A stretch of 63,067 nucleotides of DNA from Gammaproteobacteria bacterium (GTDB lineage: Bacteria > Pseudomonadota > Gammaproteobacteria > Steroidobacterales > JABDKV01), in NCBI GenBank assembly GCA_024638445.1, contig JAHEKH010000004.1, forward strand, positions 1-63,067. Direction: 5' to 3'. Shown here in pieces: positions 9,479 through 20,118 of the stretch. Every line of letters begins with the position of its first letter. Within the stretch, counting starts at the first letter, position 1. The position numbers and the translations under genes were made by a program. The notes below the pieces were generated by a model. It was given only the letters and a program-made list of their open reading frames with translations, made no database searches and was not told where the DNA came from.

Positions 9479-10612
9479 ATGGACAAGCACAAGACCGAAA
9501 CCCTCGCCATTCATGCCGGCCGCCAGGTTGACCCGGAGACCGGGGCAGTTTCGCCACCGCTCTACCTGAGCACGACCTTTGAGCGCGATGCCGACGGCGG
9601 TTATTCGACCGGCTACGAGTACATTCGCGACCGCCATCCGAACCGCGACATGCTCGAGCGCACCGTGACGGCCCTCGAATACGGCACCGGTGCCGTGGCA
9701 TTTTCCTCCGGCACCGCCGCAACGCTGGCGGTATTCCACGCGGTCGGCAGGGGCCACATCGTCGCGACCCACGACGCTTACCACGGCACGCTGCACCAGC
9801 TCAAAGAGCTGGTCACCGGCTGGGGCAGCGAGATCAGTTTTGTCGCCACGAGTTCGATCGATGCCGTCGCGGCGGCGCTGCGTGACGATACCCGGCTCTT
9901 GTGGCTCGAAACGCCTTCGAATCCACTGCTGCGCATCAGCGACATCGCCGCGCTGCGGGAACTTACCGCCTCACGGAATATCGTGCTGGCAGTCGACAAC
10001 ACCGTCGCCAGCCCGATACATCAGCAACCGCTGAACCATGGTGCAGACGTGGTCATGCACAGCTCCACCAAGTACCTCGGTGGTCACAGCGATGTTGCCG
10101 GCGGCATTGTCGTCGCGCGCGACCAGGCGCTGCTCGACGCGGTGGGACACTACCTGGTGCGGGCCGGTGCCGTGCCGTCTGCCTTCGACTGCTGGCTGCT
10201 GCAGCGTAGTATCGCCACGCTGCCGCTGAGGGCACGGCTACACGCCAGCAATGCGCTGGCTGTTGCGCGGTTTCTCGAGCAGCACGCGGCAGTAGAGGCG
10301 GTTGACTACCCGGGCCTGTCCTCACACCCGGATCACGCGACGGCGATGAAACAGATGAGTGCCTGTGGCGGCGTGCTGTCGTTCCGGGTCAATGGCGGCA
10401 AGGAAGCGGCTATGCAGGCTGCCGCGCGACTCAGGTTGTTTATTCGTGCGACCAGCCTGGGTGGAGTGGAGAGTCTCGTCGAGCACCGGGCATCCATCGA
10501 AGGTCCCGACTCCCATGCGCCACAAAACCTGTTGCGCCTGTCAGTCGGTCTCGAGCACATCGACGACCTGCTCGCCGATCTCGACCAGGCGCTGCACGCC
10601 ACCGCGCGTTGA
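9479..10612 (+). CDS. metB: cystathionine gamma-synthase/lyase (Cys/Met PLP enzyme)
   Basis: PLYLSTTF, ETPSNP, VDNT, HSSTKYLGGHSD (PLP lysine), SLGGVESL, LLRLSVGLE; exact specificity (MetB/CGL/MGL) uncertain. Confidence 0.88.
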   Translation: MDKHKTETLAIHAGRQVDPETGAVSPPLYLSTTFERDADGGYSTGYEYIRDRHPNRDMLERTVTALEYGTGAVAFSSGTAATLAVFHAVGRGHIVATHDAYHGTLHQLKELVTGWGSEISFVATSSIDAVAAALRDDTRLLWLETPSNPLLRISDIAALRELTASRNIVLAVDNTVASPIHQQPLNHGADVVMHSSTKYLGGHSDVAGGIVVARDQALLDAVGHYLVRAGAVPSAFDCWLLQRSIATLPLRARLHASNALAVARFLEQHAAVEAVDYPGLSSHPDHATAMKQMSACGGVLSFRVNGGKEAAMQAAARLRLFIRATSLGGVESLVEHRASIEGPDSHAPQNLLRLSVGLEHIDDLLADLDQALHATAR

Positions 10613-11841
10613 CCTGGGACCTGCCGCCAGACGATGACCCCGAACCGGGCACCGGGGCGGTTGCCTGCCGCCTGTTTCCCGCCGGGCCCGCGACGGGCAC
10701 GGTACTCATCGGCAGAACCGCCGAGTACCGGCGGCTGAGAGAAGACCTGTTTGCCGGCCGCAATTCCTGGTTCGACAGCGCGCCGGGATTTGGCGTTACC
10801 AGCCTGGTTACACAGGCACGAATTGAGTTCAAACGCTGGCAGGACCCGCGCTTCGCCTGGGCACACTGCCGTCTCCTGGCGGTGCACGACACGCATTCGG
10901 TCGCGGTAGCGCTGCTCGAAGCGCTGGGCCAGCTCGCCTCACAGGCCATTCGCCGCAGCAATGTTTTTCCGGAAACGGTCGACAAGCTGTTTAGCGGCGT
11001 ACGCAAGACGATTTACACCGACGACAAGCACCTGCAGACGATCCGCCTGCATCCGGGTGACGATCCGCTGCAAACGGTACGCGCCGTAGCACCCGAAGTT
11101 AACGCACTGGCGGTCGAACGGAAATGCCGGCCGGTGTTGATCGGCGACAACCTGCAGCAGCTCCTTGCGTTGCGCGAACACGAGGCGGTATTACAAACGC
11201 TGCGCGAAGCGATTGGCGACACCGCCGAGGTGTCGTGGCTGCTATACGGCGCTAACCGTGCCGCGATGCGCCGGCTGTTTCTCGACGACGGCCCGCTGGC
11301 CGGCACCTGCAGCCGTTTCCGTTTGCGACGGATCCACCGTGACGTTTATGCGCAATACCTGGCAGACGCGGCCCAGGCGCAATGGAAATGCTTCATCGGC
11401 CGCAAGGCCACGAGGATGATTCTCGGGCTGTCCGGGCGGCATCCGCGCTGGTTCAACGAGCTGTGCCGGCGACTGTGGTGCAGCGACCTGCCGCCGGTCA
11501 TCCAGGACGTCGTTGACGAGTGGACGCGGGTTGTGGCCGACCATCGCCAGCTGGCGGCGCGGGAGTTCGAGCGGCTGTCCCCCAACCAGCGCTCCGTGCT
11601 GGCCTGCCTCGCCAGCACTCCGACAGACCAGCCCCGGGCACGCCAGTTCGTGCGCCGCACCCGGGTTTCCAGCGCCAGCGTCGGCCAGGCCATTCGCATT
11701 CTCGCGGAACAGGGACTGATAGATGCAGACGTCGACGGCTGCTGGACGGTGTCCGACCCGGTCCTGCAGTGGTCGCTTCATCCACTGCGCGACCTGGTCG
11801 AGGAGATTTACGACATCGATCCGAGATTCGGTCTCGACTGA
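10609..11841 (+). CDS. AAA/STAND-like ATPase with C-terminal winged helix; degenerate Walker motifs
   Basis: LIGRTAE; SAPGFGVTSL (Walker A lacks Lys); LIGDNLQQL (Walker B-like); SGRHPRW; LSPNQRSVL...SVGQAIRILAEQGLI...VSDP. Confidence 0.7.
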   Translation: MTWDLPPDDDPEPGTGAVACRLFPAGPATGTVLIGRTAEYRRLREDLFAGRNSWFDSAPGFGVTSLVTQARIEFKRWQDPRFAWAHCRLLAVHDTHSVAVALLEALGQLASQAIRRSNVFPETVDKLFSGVRKTIYTDDKHLQTIRLHPGDDPLQTVRAVAPEVNALAVERKCRPVLIGDNLQQLLALREHEAVLQTLREAIGDTAEVSWLLYGANRAAMRRLFLDDGPLAGTCSRFRLRRIHRDVYAQYLADAAQAQWKCFIGRKATRMILGLSGRHPRWFNELCRRLWCSDLPPVIQDVVDEWTRVVADHRQLAAREFERLSPNQRSVLACLASTPTDQPRARQFVRRTRVSSASVGQAIRILAEQGLIDADVDGCWTVSDPVLQWSLHPLRDLVEEIYDIDPRFGLD

Positions 11842-11851
11842 CCGGGACGGC

Positions 11852-12355
11852 TCAGTCCGAGAACTCGAAATCGTCGCCGACCCGGCGGTTGACGTAGCGC
11901 GTGCCCGTTTTGACAGAGCGGTAGGCAAAAGTGGTCGCATCCAGCTGGTCGATGCGGTAGGCATCCGAGTAATAGGCCTGGCTGGCATCGGAAGGCCTGA
12001 ACTCGCCGTCCACCATCCAGCCGCGCATCAGCGTGAAGTAGGTCGGGCCCGCAATCCCCCACAGACCGACTTCGACCGATTCTTCGTAGGAAGCGCCGTC
12101 GTACATGCGGAAGGTGATTCGATAGGTGCCGTTGTTGTTGCGTTCGGCCAGCGCAACCCGGCTGCGGCCACCGTCCATCGGTGCCTCGCCCAGCCACTTG
12201 CCGACCATGAGGTCACGGCGCTCCTGCTCGCTGGCCGATGGCTTCGCGTGAGCATCGATGACATCTCCCGGCTCGGTCGCGGTTGTTGCCATCGTGCAGC
12301 CGGCCATGACGACGACCGCGGACAGGAGGGCACTTCGTCTCAGGCAGGCGTTCAT
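11852..12355 (-). CDS. hypothetical lipoprotein
   Basis: MNACLRRSALLSAVVVMAGC lipobox; LMVGKW lipocalin-like strand; start overlaps the SRAP stop. Confidence 0.7.
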   Translation of the reverse strand: MNACLRRSALLSAVVVMAGCTMATTATEPGDVIDAHAKPSASEQERRDLMVGKWLGEAPMDGGRSRVALAERNNNGTYRITFRMYDGASYEESVEVGLWGIAGPTYFTLMRGWMVDGEFRPSDASQAYYSDAYRIDQLDATTFAYRSVKTGTRYVNRRVGDDFEFSD

Positions 12356-13035
12356 ATCAGCGAGTCGGACTCGACCAGCGACGGTTCGTCGTTTTTCGGA
12401 TCGTTCACGCGCCGGGAAACGGGCCACACCGTAATTTCGTCAGCCGGGCACGGGCCCAGCAGGGTCTGCAGCGCAGCGGTGTCTTCGTTCTCCGGCGCGA
12501 GCCAGGCGTCGAACTGTTCCGGCGGCAGGATAGCCGGCATCCGGTCGTGCAGCGGCTCCACCGCGCTGTTGGGTTCGGTGGTGACGATCGTGAAAGTTTC
12601 CAGCCGCTCGTCGCCGTTCTTTTCCCGGTCGCGCCAGCGGGCCCACAGCCCGGCCATGCCAAAGGGCTCGTCACCACCCAGGGCGATGAAATACGGTTGC
12701 TTCACGCTGCCCTGCTTGCGCCACTCGAAAAAACCGTTCGCCGGCACGATACACCGCCGCTTGCGAAACGAGTCGCGAAAGGCGGGTTTTTCGGCCAGGG
12801 TTTCGGCGCGCGCATTGATCATGCGGTTACCGATCGACCTGTCTTTGGCCCAGAACGGCACCAGGCCCCAGCGCAGCATGGCGACGCTGCGGACACCGTC
12901 GTCGTCGCTGCGAACGACCGGCACGAACTGTGTCGGCGCGATGTTGAACCGTGGCTCGATCGCGGGCGGGTCTTCTACGCCAAAAACCCGGGTAACGGCT
13001 TCGGCGGGCGAGTAGAAGGCAAACCGGCCGCACAT
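12352..13035 (-). CDS. SOS response-associated peptidase (SRAP/YedK/HMCES family)
   Basis: MCGRF N-terminus, RFNIAPT, MINARAET, GFFEW, HDRMP. Confidence 0.95.
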   Translation of the reverse strand: MCGRFAFYSPAEAVTRVFGVEDPPAIEPRFNIAPTQFVPVVRSDDDGVRSVAMLRWGLVPFWAKDRSIGNRMINARAETLAEKPAFRDSFRKRRCIVPANGFFEWRKQGSVKQPYFIALGGDEPFGMAGLWARWRDREKNGDERLETFTIVTTEPNSAVEPLHDRMPAILPPEQFDAWLAPENEDTAALQTLLGPCPADEITVWPVSRRVNDPKNDEPSLVESDSLI

Positions 13036-13808
13036 CAGGGCCGCAACCCGACACCCCGCCGCAGCAGGTAGAGGTTGAACACGAACAGCAGCACCACGAA
13101 ACCGGAAATGATCAGGTAGGCCGTGCCGATGCTGATATCGGAAACCCCCAGTATGCCGTAGCGAAACGCGTTGACCATGTACAGGATCGGGTTGGCGCGG
13201 GAGACCGCCTGCCAGAAATCGGGCAGCAACGAGATCGAATAGAACACGCCGCCGAGGTACGTGAGCGGCGTCAGCACGAAGGTCGGGATTATCGAGATGC
13301 CGTCGAAGTTCCTGGCGTAGATCGCGTTGACGAAGCCGGCCAGCGAGAAGACCATCGAGGTGAGCAGGACGATGCTGAGCGTAACCCACGGGTGCTCCAT
13401 CCGCAGGTCGGTGAAAAACAACGCGATCAGCGTCACAAGGACACCCACGCAGAGTCCGCGGATCAGCCCGCCCGCCATGTAGCCCAGCAGCATGATGTAG
13501 TTCGGCATTGGCGAGACGAGCATTTCTTCGACGTACTTGCCGAAACGGGAACCAAAAAACGACGACACCACGTTGCCGTAGGAATTACTGATGATCGACA
13601 TCATGATCAGTCCGGGAGCGATGAACTGCATGTAGGTGAAGCCGCCCATCTCACCGATCCGGCTGCCGATCAGGTTGCCGAAGATAATGAAATACAGCGT
13701 CATCGTGATGGCCGGCGGCACGATGGTCTGGATCCATATCCGCCGCACGCGCCGGAACTCGCGCCCTACCACGGTCGCCAGTGCAACGAAATGACGCCGG
13801 TTAGGCAC
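13035..13808 (-). CDS. yadH: ABC-2 transporter permease
   Basis: RIWIQTIVPPAITMTLYFIIFG, YMQFIAPGLIMM, YLGGVFYS. Confidence 0.92.
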   Translation of the reverse strand: MPNRRHFVALATVVGREFRRVRRIWIQTIVPPAITMTLYFIIFGNLIGSRIGEMGGFTYMQFIAPGLIMMSIISNSYGNVVSSFFGSRFGKYVEEMLVSPMPNYIMLLGYMAGGLIRGLCVGVLVTLIALFFTDLRMEHPWVTLSIVLLTSMVFSLAGFVNAIYARNFDGISIIPTFVLTPLTYLGGVFYSISLLPDFWQAVSRANPILYMVNAFRYGILGVSDISIGTAYLIISGFVVLLFVFNLYLLRRGVGLRP

Positions 13809-14727
13809 TGCCGTTCTCCCGGTTTTCGACCATCCGCAGGAACAACTCTTCCAGGCGATTGGACTTGTTGCGCATGCTGCCGACCCGAATGCCGCGCTCC
13901 GTCAGCGCCGCGAATACGTCGTTGATGCTGCGGTCCTGGGGCTTGTCCACCTCCAGCGTGTGATCGTCGACCCGGCGAATGGTGTACCCATTGAGATCGA
14001 GCGTCTCGGGCAGCGGCTCATCGACATCGAGAACGAAAGTCTCGAGATTGAGCTTGCGCAGCACGCGGCTCATGCGGTCGTTTTCCACAATCGTACCGGC
14101 ATCGATAATGGCGATATTGCGGCACAGGCTCTCAGCCTCTTCGAGATAGTGCGTGGTCAGGATGATGGTCGTTCCGGCGGCGTTGATGTCCTTCATGAAC
14201 TCCCACATCGAGCGGCGGATCTCGATATCCACGCCGGCGGTGGGTTCGTCGAGAATCAGCAGCGGCGGCTCGTGCACGAGCGCACGCGCGATCATCAGCC
14301 GGCGTTTCATGCCGCCGGAGAGGTGACGGGCAATCTCGTTACGCTTGTCCCACAGCTTCAGTTCGCGCAGGTGTTTCTCCGCACGCTCCTCCGCAAGCGG
14401 GCGGGGCAGCCCGTAGAAGCCCGCCTGGTTGGTCAGTATTTCGTAGACTTTTTCGAACTGGTTGAAATTGACTTCCTGGGGCACCAGGCCGATACAGGTC
14501 TTGGCGCCCTCCCGGTCACTGTCGAGATCGTGACCGAAAACGGAAACGCTGCCCGCGGTCTTGTTGACCAGGGACGTGACGATCCCGATCGCCGTCGTCT
14601 TGCCGGCACCGTTTGGCCCGAGCAGTGCAAAAAAATCACCCTCGTCGACGTCGAGATCGATACCCGTCAGGGCCTCGACACCATTGTCGTAGGTCTTTTT
14701 CAGGCCACGTAAGGAAAGTGCTTTCAT
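13801..14727 (-). CDS. yadG: ABC transporter ATP-binding protein
   Basis: GPNGAGKTT, LSGGMKRR, LILDEPTAGVD, NRLEELF. Confidence 0.92.
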   Translation of the reverse strand: MKALSLRGLKKTYDNGVEALTGIDLDVDEGDFFALLGPNGAGKTTAIGIVTSLVNKTAGSVSVFGHDLDSDREGAKTCIGLVPQEVNFNQFEKVYEILTNQAGFYGLPRPLAEERAEKHLRELKLWDKRNEIARHLSGGMKRRLMIARALVHEPPLLILDEPTAGVDIEIRRSMWEFMKDINAAGTTIILTTHYLEEAESLCRNIAIIDAGTIVENDRMSRVLRKLNLETFVLDVDEPLPETLDLNGYTIRRVDDHTLEVDKPQDRSINDVFAALTERGIRVGSMRNKSNRLEELFLRMVENRENGSA

Positions 14728-14942
14728 ATCAATTATTTACGAAGAAAAAATGCCCGGGACGCGTCGGCAGCGGCCCGGGGCACTGGCCCGCGATCATAAC
14801 ACCCGCCCCACGATCGGCAAAAAACTGTCAAGAACTCCCAATTTATTTGATATTTCCGATACTTGCGTCAATAATCCCGCCAGCCTTAAGGTGATCGATT
14901 TGGCCGCCGCTCTGACGGCAGGCCATCAAAGGGGAGATTCCT

Positions 14943-15377
14943 ATGCTTAAAGAGTTCAAAGATTTTGCGATGCGCGGCAACGTGGTGGACATGGCCGTCG
15001 GCATCGTCATTGGCGGTGCGTTTGGCAAGATTGTCAGCTCGTTCGTCAAAGACATCCTGATGCCGCCAATCGGCAAGCTGCTCGGCGGCGTCGACTTCGG
15101 CCAGCTCTACGTCAACCTGACCGACACAGCCTACGAAAACCTGGCCGCGGCCGAAGAAGCCGGTGCAGCGGTTATCAAGTACGGCGCCTTCATCAATGTC
15201 GTCATTGATTTCATCATCATCGCATTTGCCATCTTCATGGTGGTCAAGGCCATGAACTCGATGAAGAAAAAGGAAGAGAAGCCCGCAGAAGAGCCGACCG
15301 TCAAGAAATGCCCGCGCTGCCGGATGGAAATCCCGATCGACGCGACGCGCTGCGCACACTGCACTACTGACGTCTGA
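14943..15377 (+). CDS. mscL: large-conductance mechanosensitive channel with C-terminal Zn-ribbon-like tail
   Basis: [27 protein letters not shown]; CPRC...CAHC tail; GGAG RBS. Confidence 0.97.
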   Translation: MLKEFKDFAMRGNVVDMAVGIVIGGAFGKIVSSFVKDILMPPIGKLLGGVDFGQLYVNLTDTAYENLAAAEEAGAAVIKYGAFINVVIDFIIIAFAIFMVVKAMNSMKKKEEKPAEEPTVKKCPRCRMEIPIDATRCAHCTTDV

Positions 15378-15395
15378 TCGCGGTCGTCACACCCC

Positions 15396-15427
15396 AAAAA
15401 AGGCCCGCCACCCGGCGGGCCTTTTTT
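15396..15427. terminator. intrinsic terminator (bidirectional type) after mscL
   Basis: aaaaaaggcccgcc-acc-cggcgggcctttttt. Confidence 0.88.
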
Positions 15428-15494
15428 GTTTCACCGCACCCGGCATGGCAGTAGAATCGCGGGGCACCCGCCAGCGACCAAGGTTCACGATGTA

Positions 15495-16445
15495 ATGGCT
15501 GATCGCGTCAACGTATTTGCCGGCTCGCATTTCGACCGTCTCGGGCATCGCCGCCGGGACCGAGACTGGCTCGACGAGGCGCTGCAAAACGGGCGGGCGG
15601 CCTTTATCCCGGTCTACAACGACCGGAGCCTGGTGCTGACCGATCCCGGTCCGAGCGCCGTCATGCTCGAACCCGGTGAGCTTGCGAGCGAGCTGCACGA
15701 CGGCGCGATCCTGCTGGGCGAATTCGGAGACCGCATCTGTTTTGCGGTGGACGTGGGTGAAGGCGAGCCCGGCCAGGCGCCCGCTTTTTCCAGCGGTTCT
15801 TTTCGCGGCCTGCGTACTGTCGGGCTGACTTTTCCACAGGACCAGGCCGCGCTGCTCGCCTATGCCCAGGCGATGGTGCTGTGGCACCGGCGACACCGCT
15901 ACTGCGGCCGCTGCGGCGCGCCGAGCCAGGGCAATGACTGTGGGCACGCCCTGCACTGCACCGAGCCCGGCTGCGGGCAGGTGATTTTTCCGCGTATCGA
16001 TCCCGCGATCATCGTCCTCGTCGAGCACGACGGCCGGGCACTGCTCGGCCGGCAGCCGTCCTGGCCCGAGGGCGTCTATTCGACCGTCGCCGGTTTTGTC
16101 GAACCCGGCGAGAGCCTGGAAGACGCCGTTCGGCGGGAAGTTGCCGAGGAAACCGGGGTGACGGTGGGCGGCGTCAGCTATCACAGCTCGCAGCCCTGGC
16201 CATTCCCCTCGTCGCTGATGCTCGGTTTTCGCGCCGTCGCCACCGAGCCGTCAATTTCGCTCAACGATAACGAGCTCGAAGACGCGCAGTGGTTCAGCCG
16301 CGAGGACCTCGCGTCCAGCCTGCAGAACGGCAGATTGCGAGTCCCACCGCAGCTGTCGATTTCCAGCCGCCTCATCGCCCACTGGTACGACGACGGCGTC
16401 ACCGGCCGCCTGGCGGCGGTCATCGATGCACTGACGCGAGGCTGA
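15495..16445 (+). CDS. nudC: NAD(+)/NADH diphosphatase
   Basis: Zn finger YCGRCG...C..C; FPRIDPA; Nudix box GFVEPGESLEDAVRREVAEETG; SQPWPFPSSLM. Confidence 0.95.
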   Translation: MADRVNVFAGSHFDRLGHRRRDRDWLDEALQNGRAAFIPVYNDRSLVLTDPGPSAVMLEPGELASELHDGAILLGEFGDRICFAVDVGEGEPGQAPAFSSGSFRGLRTVGLTFPQDQAALLAYAQAMVLWHRRHRYCGRCGAPSQGNDCGHALHCTEPGCGQVIFPRIDPAIIVLVEHDGRALLGRQPSWPEGVYSTVAGFVEPGESLEDAVRREVAEETGVTVGGVSYHSSQPWPFPSSLMLGFRAVATEPSISLNDNELEDAQWFSREDLASSLQNGRLRVPPQLSISSRLIAHWYDDGVTGRLAAVIDALTRG

Positions 16446-17314
16446 TGGACACCACGCTGGTCTGTGCCGACGGCACCCGGCTGGCCGCCACGGTACTGCC
16501 CGGCGACAACGGTGGCTGCATCGTGATCAACCCGGCGATGGGCGTGCGGCGGCAGTTTTACGCGCCGCTTGCCGAGGCTTTGAACGGAGCCGGCTACAGC
16601 ACGATCACCTTTGATTACCGCGGCGTTGCCGGTTCGGCGCCGGTCGATTTGCGCCGATGTCGCGCGCGGCTTTACGAATGGGGCGAGTGCGATATCGAGG
16701 CGGCACTGCGCCATGCGCGCGATGAACGCCATGAGAAAACTGGCGTCATCGGACACAGCGTCGGTAGCCAGCTGCTGGGAATGGCGGAGTCGTCCGCCGC
16801 CATCGATGCGATCGTCATGGTGGCATCATCGAGCGCTTACTGGGGCCACTGGCATGGGCTGCCGCGTATCGGTCTGCTCGCGGTCTGGTATGGGGTCATC
16901 CCGGTCGTCACCCGGCTCTTCGGCCGTTTCCCCGCGGCGCTGGCCGGCGGCAACGTCGATCTTCCGCCGCTGATCGCGCGCGACTGGGCCCGCTGTGGGC
17001 GCGACCCGGACTATGTCCGTGGCCGCTATGCCCGCGCTTCTGATCGCAACTACGCCCGGGTGCGGGCACCGATACTCGCAGTTTCAGTGAGCGACGATGG
17101 TTATGCGCCACGCGCGGCAACCGAGGCGCTGCTGCAGTGGTATGCCGCGGCGGCCGAGCGCACGCTGATCGATCTGACGCCCGCCTCGCTCGGCGTAGAC
17201 CGGGTCGGACACTTCGGCTGGTTTCGTTCGCCGATCGGCCAGAGCGTGTGGCCGGAAACGATTGCCTGGCTGGACGAGAAGCTGGCTATTCGCCGCGAAC
17301 CGACTCCGCAGTGA
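16445..17314 (+). CDS. alpha/beta hydrolase
   Basis: FDYRG, GHSVG nucleophile elbow, DD and GH catalytic residues; TGATG coupling to nudC. Confidence 0.87.
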   Translation: MDTTLVCADGTRLAATVLPGDNGGCIVINPAMGVRRQFYAPLAEALNGAGYSTITFDYRGVAGSAPVDLRRCRARLYEWGECDIEAALRHARDERHEKTGVIGHSVGSQLLGMAESSAAIDAIVMVASSSAYWGHWHGLPRIGLLAVWYGVIPVVTRLFGRFPAALAGGNVDLPPLIARDWARCGRDPDYVRGRYARASDRNYARVRAPILAVSVSDDGYAPRAATEALLQWYAAAAERTLIDLTPASLGVDRVGHFGWFRSPIGQSVWPETIAWLDEKLAIRREPTPQ

Positions 17315-18287
17315 TCTCGTTGCCGGATTCACGGCCAGCAGCAAAGGCATCGAGGTTAGCCATTGTGGTGCGTGCGATAGCGGTCATGGCCTCATCAGTA
17401 AAAAATGCCTGGTGCCCGGTGATCAGGACATTAGGAAACGTCAGCAGCCTGGCAAATACATCGTCGGCGATGATCCGGTTCGAGAGATCCTCGAAAAACA
17501 GGTCACCCTCTTCCTCGTAGACATCCAGGCCGAGATAACCGATTCGGCCGGTTTTCAGCGCAGCAATCACCGCGCGCGTGTCAACCAGCCCGCCGCGGCT
17601 GGTGTTAATCAGCATGACGCCCGGTTTCATCTGCGCCAGCGCCGAGGCGTCGATGATGTGATGGGTCTGGGGCGTCAGCGGGCAGTGCAGGCTGACGATG
17701 TCGGCTTCCGCCAGCAGGGTTTCGCTGTCGACCAGCTCGAGCGGCAGCTCTTCGGGCACCTGTGCATACGGATCGGAGGCGAGCACCCGGCAACCGAAAC
17801 CGGACAGGATCCGCGCCACCAGCAGACCGATCCGGCCGATACCTATCAGTCCGGCGGTCTTGCCGTGCAAATCGAAGCCCATCAGCCCATCGAGGGAAAA
17901 ATTACCCTCACGCACACGCGCACGCGCGCGGGGCAGCTGGCGATTCAGCGCCAGGATCAGGCCGACGGTGTGTTCGGCCACGGCGTGGGGCGAATACGCC
18001 GGGACCCGGGCAACGGCAATTCCGGCGCGGGCCGCCGCGTCGAGATCGACATGATTGAAACCGGCGCTGCGCAACACGATAAAACGCGTGCCGCCCGCGG
18101 CCAGCGCCGCAACAACGTCTTTGTCGACCGAATCGTTGACAAACACGCAGACGGCCGGGAAGCCGTCGGCCAGGCGCACGGTGCGGGTGTCGAGATGCGT
18201 GTCGAAGAACACCAGCTCGTGTTTGCCCTGCTCGCGGCCGAGATATTCGCGATCGTAGCTGCGTGCGCTGAAGACGGCCGTTTTCAA
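17286..18287 (-). CDS. ldhA: D-lactate dehydrogenase (2-hydroxyacid dehydrogenase)
   Basis: [51 protein letters not shown]. Confidence 0.93.
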   Translation of the reverse strand: MKTAVFSARSYDREYLGREQGKHELVFFDTHLDTRTVRLADGFPAVCVFVNDSVDKDVVAALAAGGTRFIVLRSAGFNHVDLDAAARAGIAVARVPAYSPHAVAEHTVGLILALNRQLPRARARVREGNFSLDGLMGFDLHGKTAGLIGIGRIGLLVARILSGFGCRVLASDPYAQVPEELPLELVDSETLLAEADIVSLHCPLTPQTHHIIDASALAQMKPGVMLINTSRGGLVDTRAVIAALKTGRIGYLGLDVYEEEGDLFFEDLSNRIIADDVFARLLTFPNVLITGHQAFFTDEAMTAIARTTMANLDAFAAGRESGNEITAESVRGE

Positions 18288-18357
18288 GAGTTGCTCCGGA
18301 GGTTCGTTTCACCGGAGTGTAGCTGCCGCCGGTGGGCGGCAGTATCAGTATTATTCA

Positions 18358-19266
18358 CTAGTGCGCCCGGCCGACGACCTTGAGTATTGCCTCGGCGAGC
18401 TCCATCGGCACCTCTTCCTGCAGGAAGTGCCCGGCACCGGTCTCGGCAACCGGCGCGTCGGGAAAAACTTCGCGCATCTTTTTCAGCGAAGGACCGAGTA
18501 TCGGGTCTTTCATGCCCCACACCAGCCGTACCGGCCCGGTAAAACCACGCGCCCAGGCATCGACTTCACCGAGCATCGGCACGGTGGGATGATCCAGGTC
18601 GAGCGGCACCATGCGGGCAAGGGCCAGCGGCGCCGTGCGATCGGCATAGCGCCGCAGCGGGTACCGGTAGGCCCGCTTCTGTGCCCGGCCGATGCTGGCA
18701 CGATCGCCCTGCACCTTGTGCAGGACCGGAATGGGGAAAAGAAAGCGGCGAAAGGCGAGATCGCTGATTAACGGCATGTTGGCAAACCGGTGAAACGGTG
18801 TGACCCGCGGCGGCTTGCGGGGCTGCACCACGGTGGTGTTGGCAAACACCGCGCCGGCCACCCACTCGGGATGCCGCGCCGCGAGCAGCCCGACGATCGG
18901 ACCGCCCCAGTCCTGGCCGACGATGGTTATCGACTTCAGCTGCAGCGCGGCGACGAGCGCGCTCAGCTGGTTGGCATGAAATTCCAGCGTGTGGGTTGCC
19001 AGGTCGGTTGGCTTGCTGCTCAAACCCAGGCCGATGAGGTCGGGCGCGATGACCCGGACCCCGCCGGGGATCAGCCGGGCGATGACCCGCCGCCACAGGT
19101 AAGACCACATCGGGTTGCCGTGCTGCAGCAGCACCACCGGGCCACTGCCCTCGTCGACAAAATGCATCGAGTGCTGCCCGTTGCGGAACACGCGGCGGGC
19201 GTAGGGAAACTGCGCGGTAATCCAGTCGGGCAGCGCAGGAGCAGATTCAAAAACGGTGTCGGGCAT
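18358..19266 (-). CDS. haloalkane dehalogenase-like alpha/beta hydrolase
   Basis: HGNPMWSYLWR, APDLIGLG, GQDWGG (Asp nucleophile), AGHFLQEE. Confidence 0.88.
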   Translation of the reverse strand: MPDTVFESAPALPDWITAQFPYARRVFRNGQHSMHFVDEGSGPVVLLQHGNPMWSYLWRRVIARLIPGGVRVIAPDLIGLGLSSKPTDLATHTLEFHANQLSALVAALQLKSITIVGQDWGGPIVGLLAARHPEWVAGAVFANTTVVQPRKPPRVTPFHRFANMPLISDLAFRRFLFPIPVLHKVQGDRASIGRAQKRAYRYPLRRYADRTAPLALARMVPLDLDHPTVPMLGEVDAWARGFTGPVRLVWGMKDPILGPSLKKMREVFPDAPVAETGAGHFLQEEVPMELAEAILKVVGRAH

Positions 19267-19306
19267 AGGCGCGCCAGTGTAGCACCCCGCAGGTTAAACT
19301 CGGGCG

Positions 19307-20053
19307 ATGTGTCTGCTGGTATTCGCCTGGGATTGCCACCCCGCCTACCGGTTCGTTTTCGCCGGCAATCGTGACGAGTTTCACGAACGCCCGGCGCGTC
19401 CGGCTGACTGGTGGGCGGATGGATCGACCCTGGCCGGCCGCGACGAGCTGGCGGGCGGCACCTGGCTGGGCGTCAATCGGCAGGGCCGTTTTGGCGTCGT
19501 TACCAACTACCGTGAACCTGGCGTCCGCAATCCGGAGGCACTGTCGCGGGGCGAGCTCGTAACCGGCTATCTCGACGCCGGCCAGTCCCTGCTGCGCCAC
19601 ATCGATACGAATCGCTACAACGGGTTCAATCTCATCGCCGGCCGGCTGGACCGGGAACTGCATTACCTCAGCAACCGCGGCGAGGGCGGACCGATAACAC
19701 CGGGGCTGCACGGGTTGAGCAATCGCCGGCTAGACACTGCCTGGCCGAAGGTGCGTCGTGGCATCGCGAGACTCGAACGGTTGCTCGACAACGATGTCGT
19801 CACGCCCCATAGCCTGCTGGACCTGCTGGGCGACCGGGTGCAGGCAGATGACGCGGAGCTGCCCGACACCGGGCTCGAAGCAGGACTGGAACGCCTGCTG
19901 TCATCGATCTTCATTGCCAGCCCCGACTACGGGACACGTTGCTCCACCACGGTACTGCTGGACCGTGCGGGCCGGCTGCAGTTTGCCGAGCGCCGTTACG
20001 ATGCCAACGGTGAGACTACCGGCGAAAGCCGGTTCGAGTTTCGTCTCGGCTAA
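19307..20053 (+). CDS. NRDE/TANGO2 family protein
   Basis: MCL start, NRDEFHERP, GGTWLG, SRGELV, YGTR. Confidence 0.93.
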   Translation: MCLLVFAWDCHPAYRFVFAGNRDEFHERPARPADWWADGSTLAGRDELAGGTWLGVNRQGRFGVVTNYREPGVRNPEALSRGELVTGYLDAGQSLLRHIDTNRYNGFNLIAGRLDRELHYLSNRGEGGPITPGLHGLSNRRLDTAWPKVRRGIARLERLLDNDVVTPHSLLDLLGDRVQADDAELPDTGLEAGLERLLSSIFIASPDYGTRCSTTVLLDRAGRLQFAERRYDANGETTGESRFEFRLG

Positions 20054-20118
20054 CCTGTCTCGATCTTGCACTGAATCCCTGTCATCATTCGTTTTTTCCG
20101 GTTCACACGGTTTTCGCC

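Noticed and set aside
11852-13035. SRAP gene as a prophage or mutagenesis-cassette marker
   Set aside because: It is translationally coupled to yadG/yadH, with no phage, umuDC or imuABC genes nearby.
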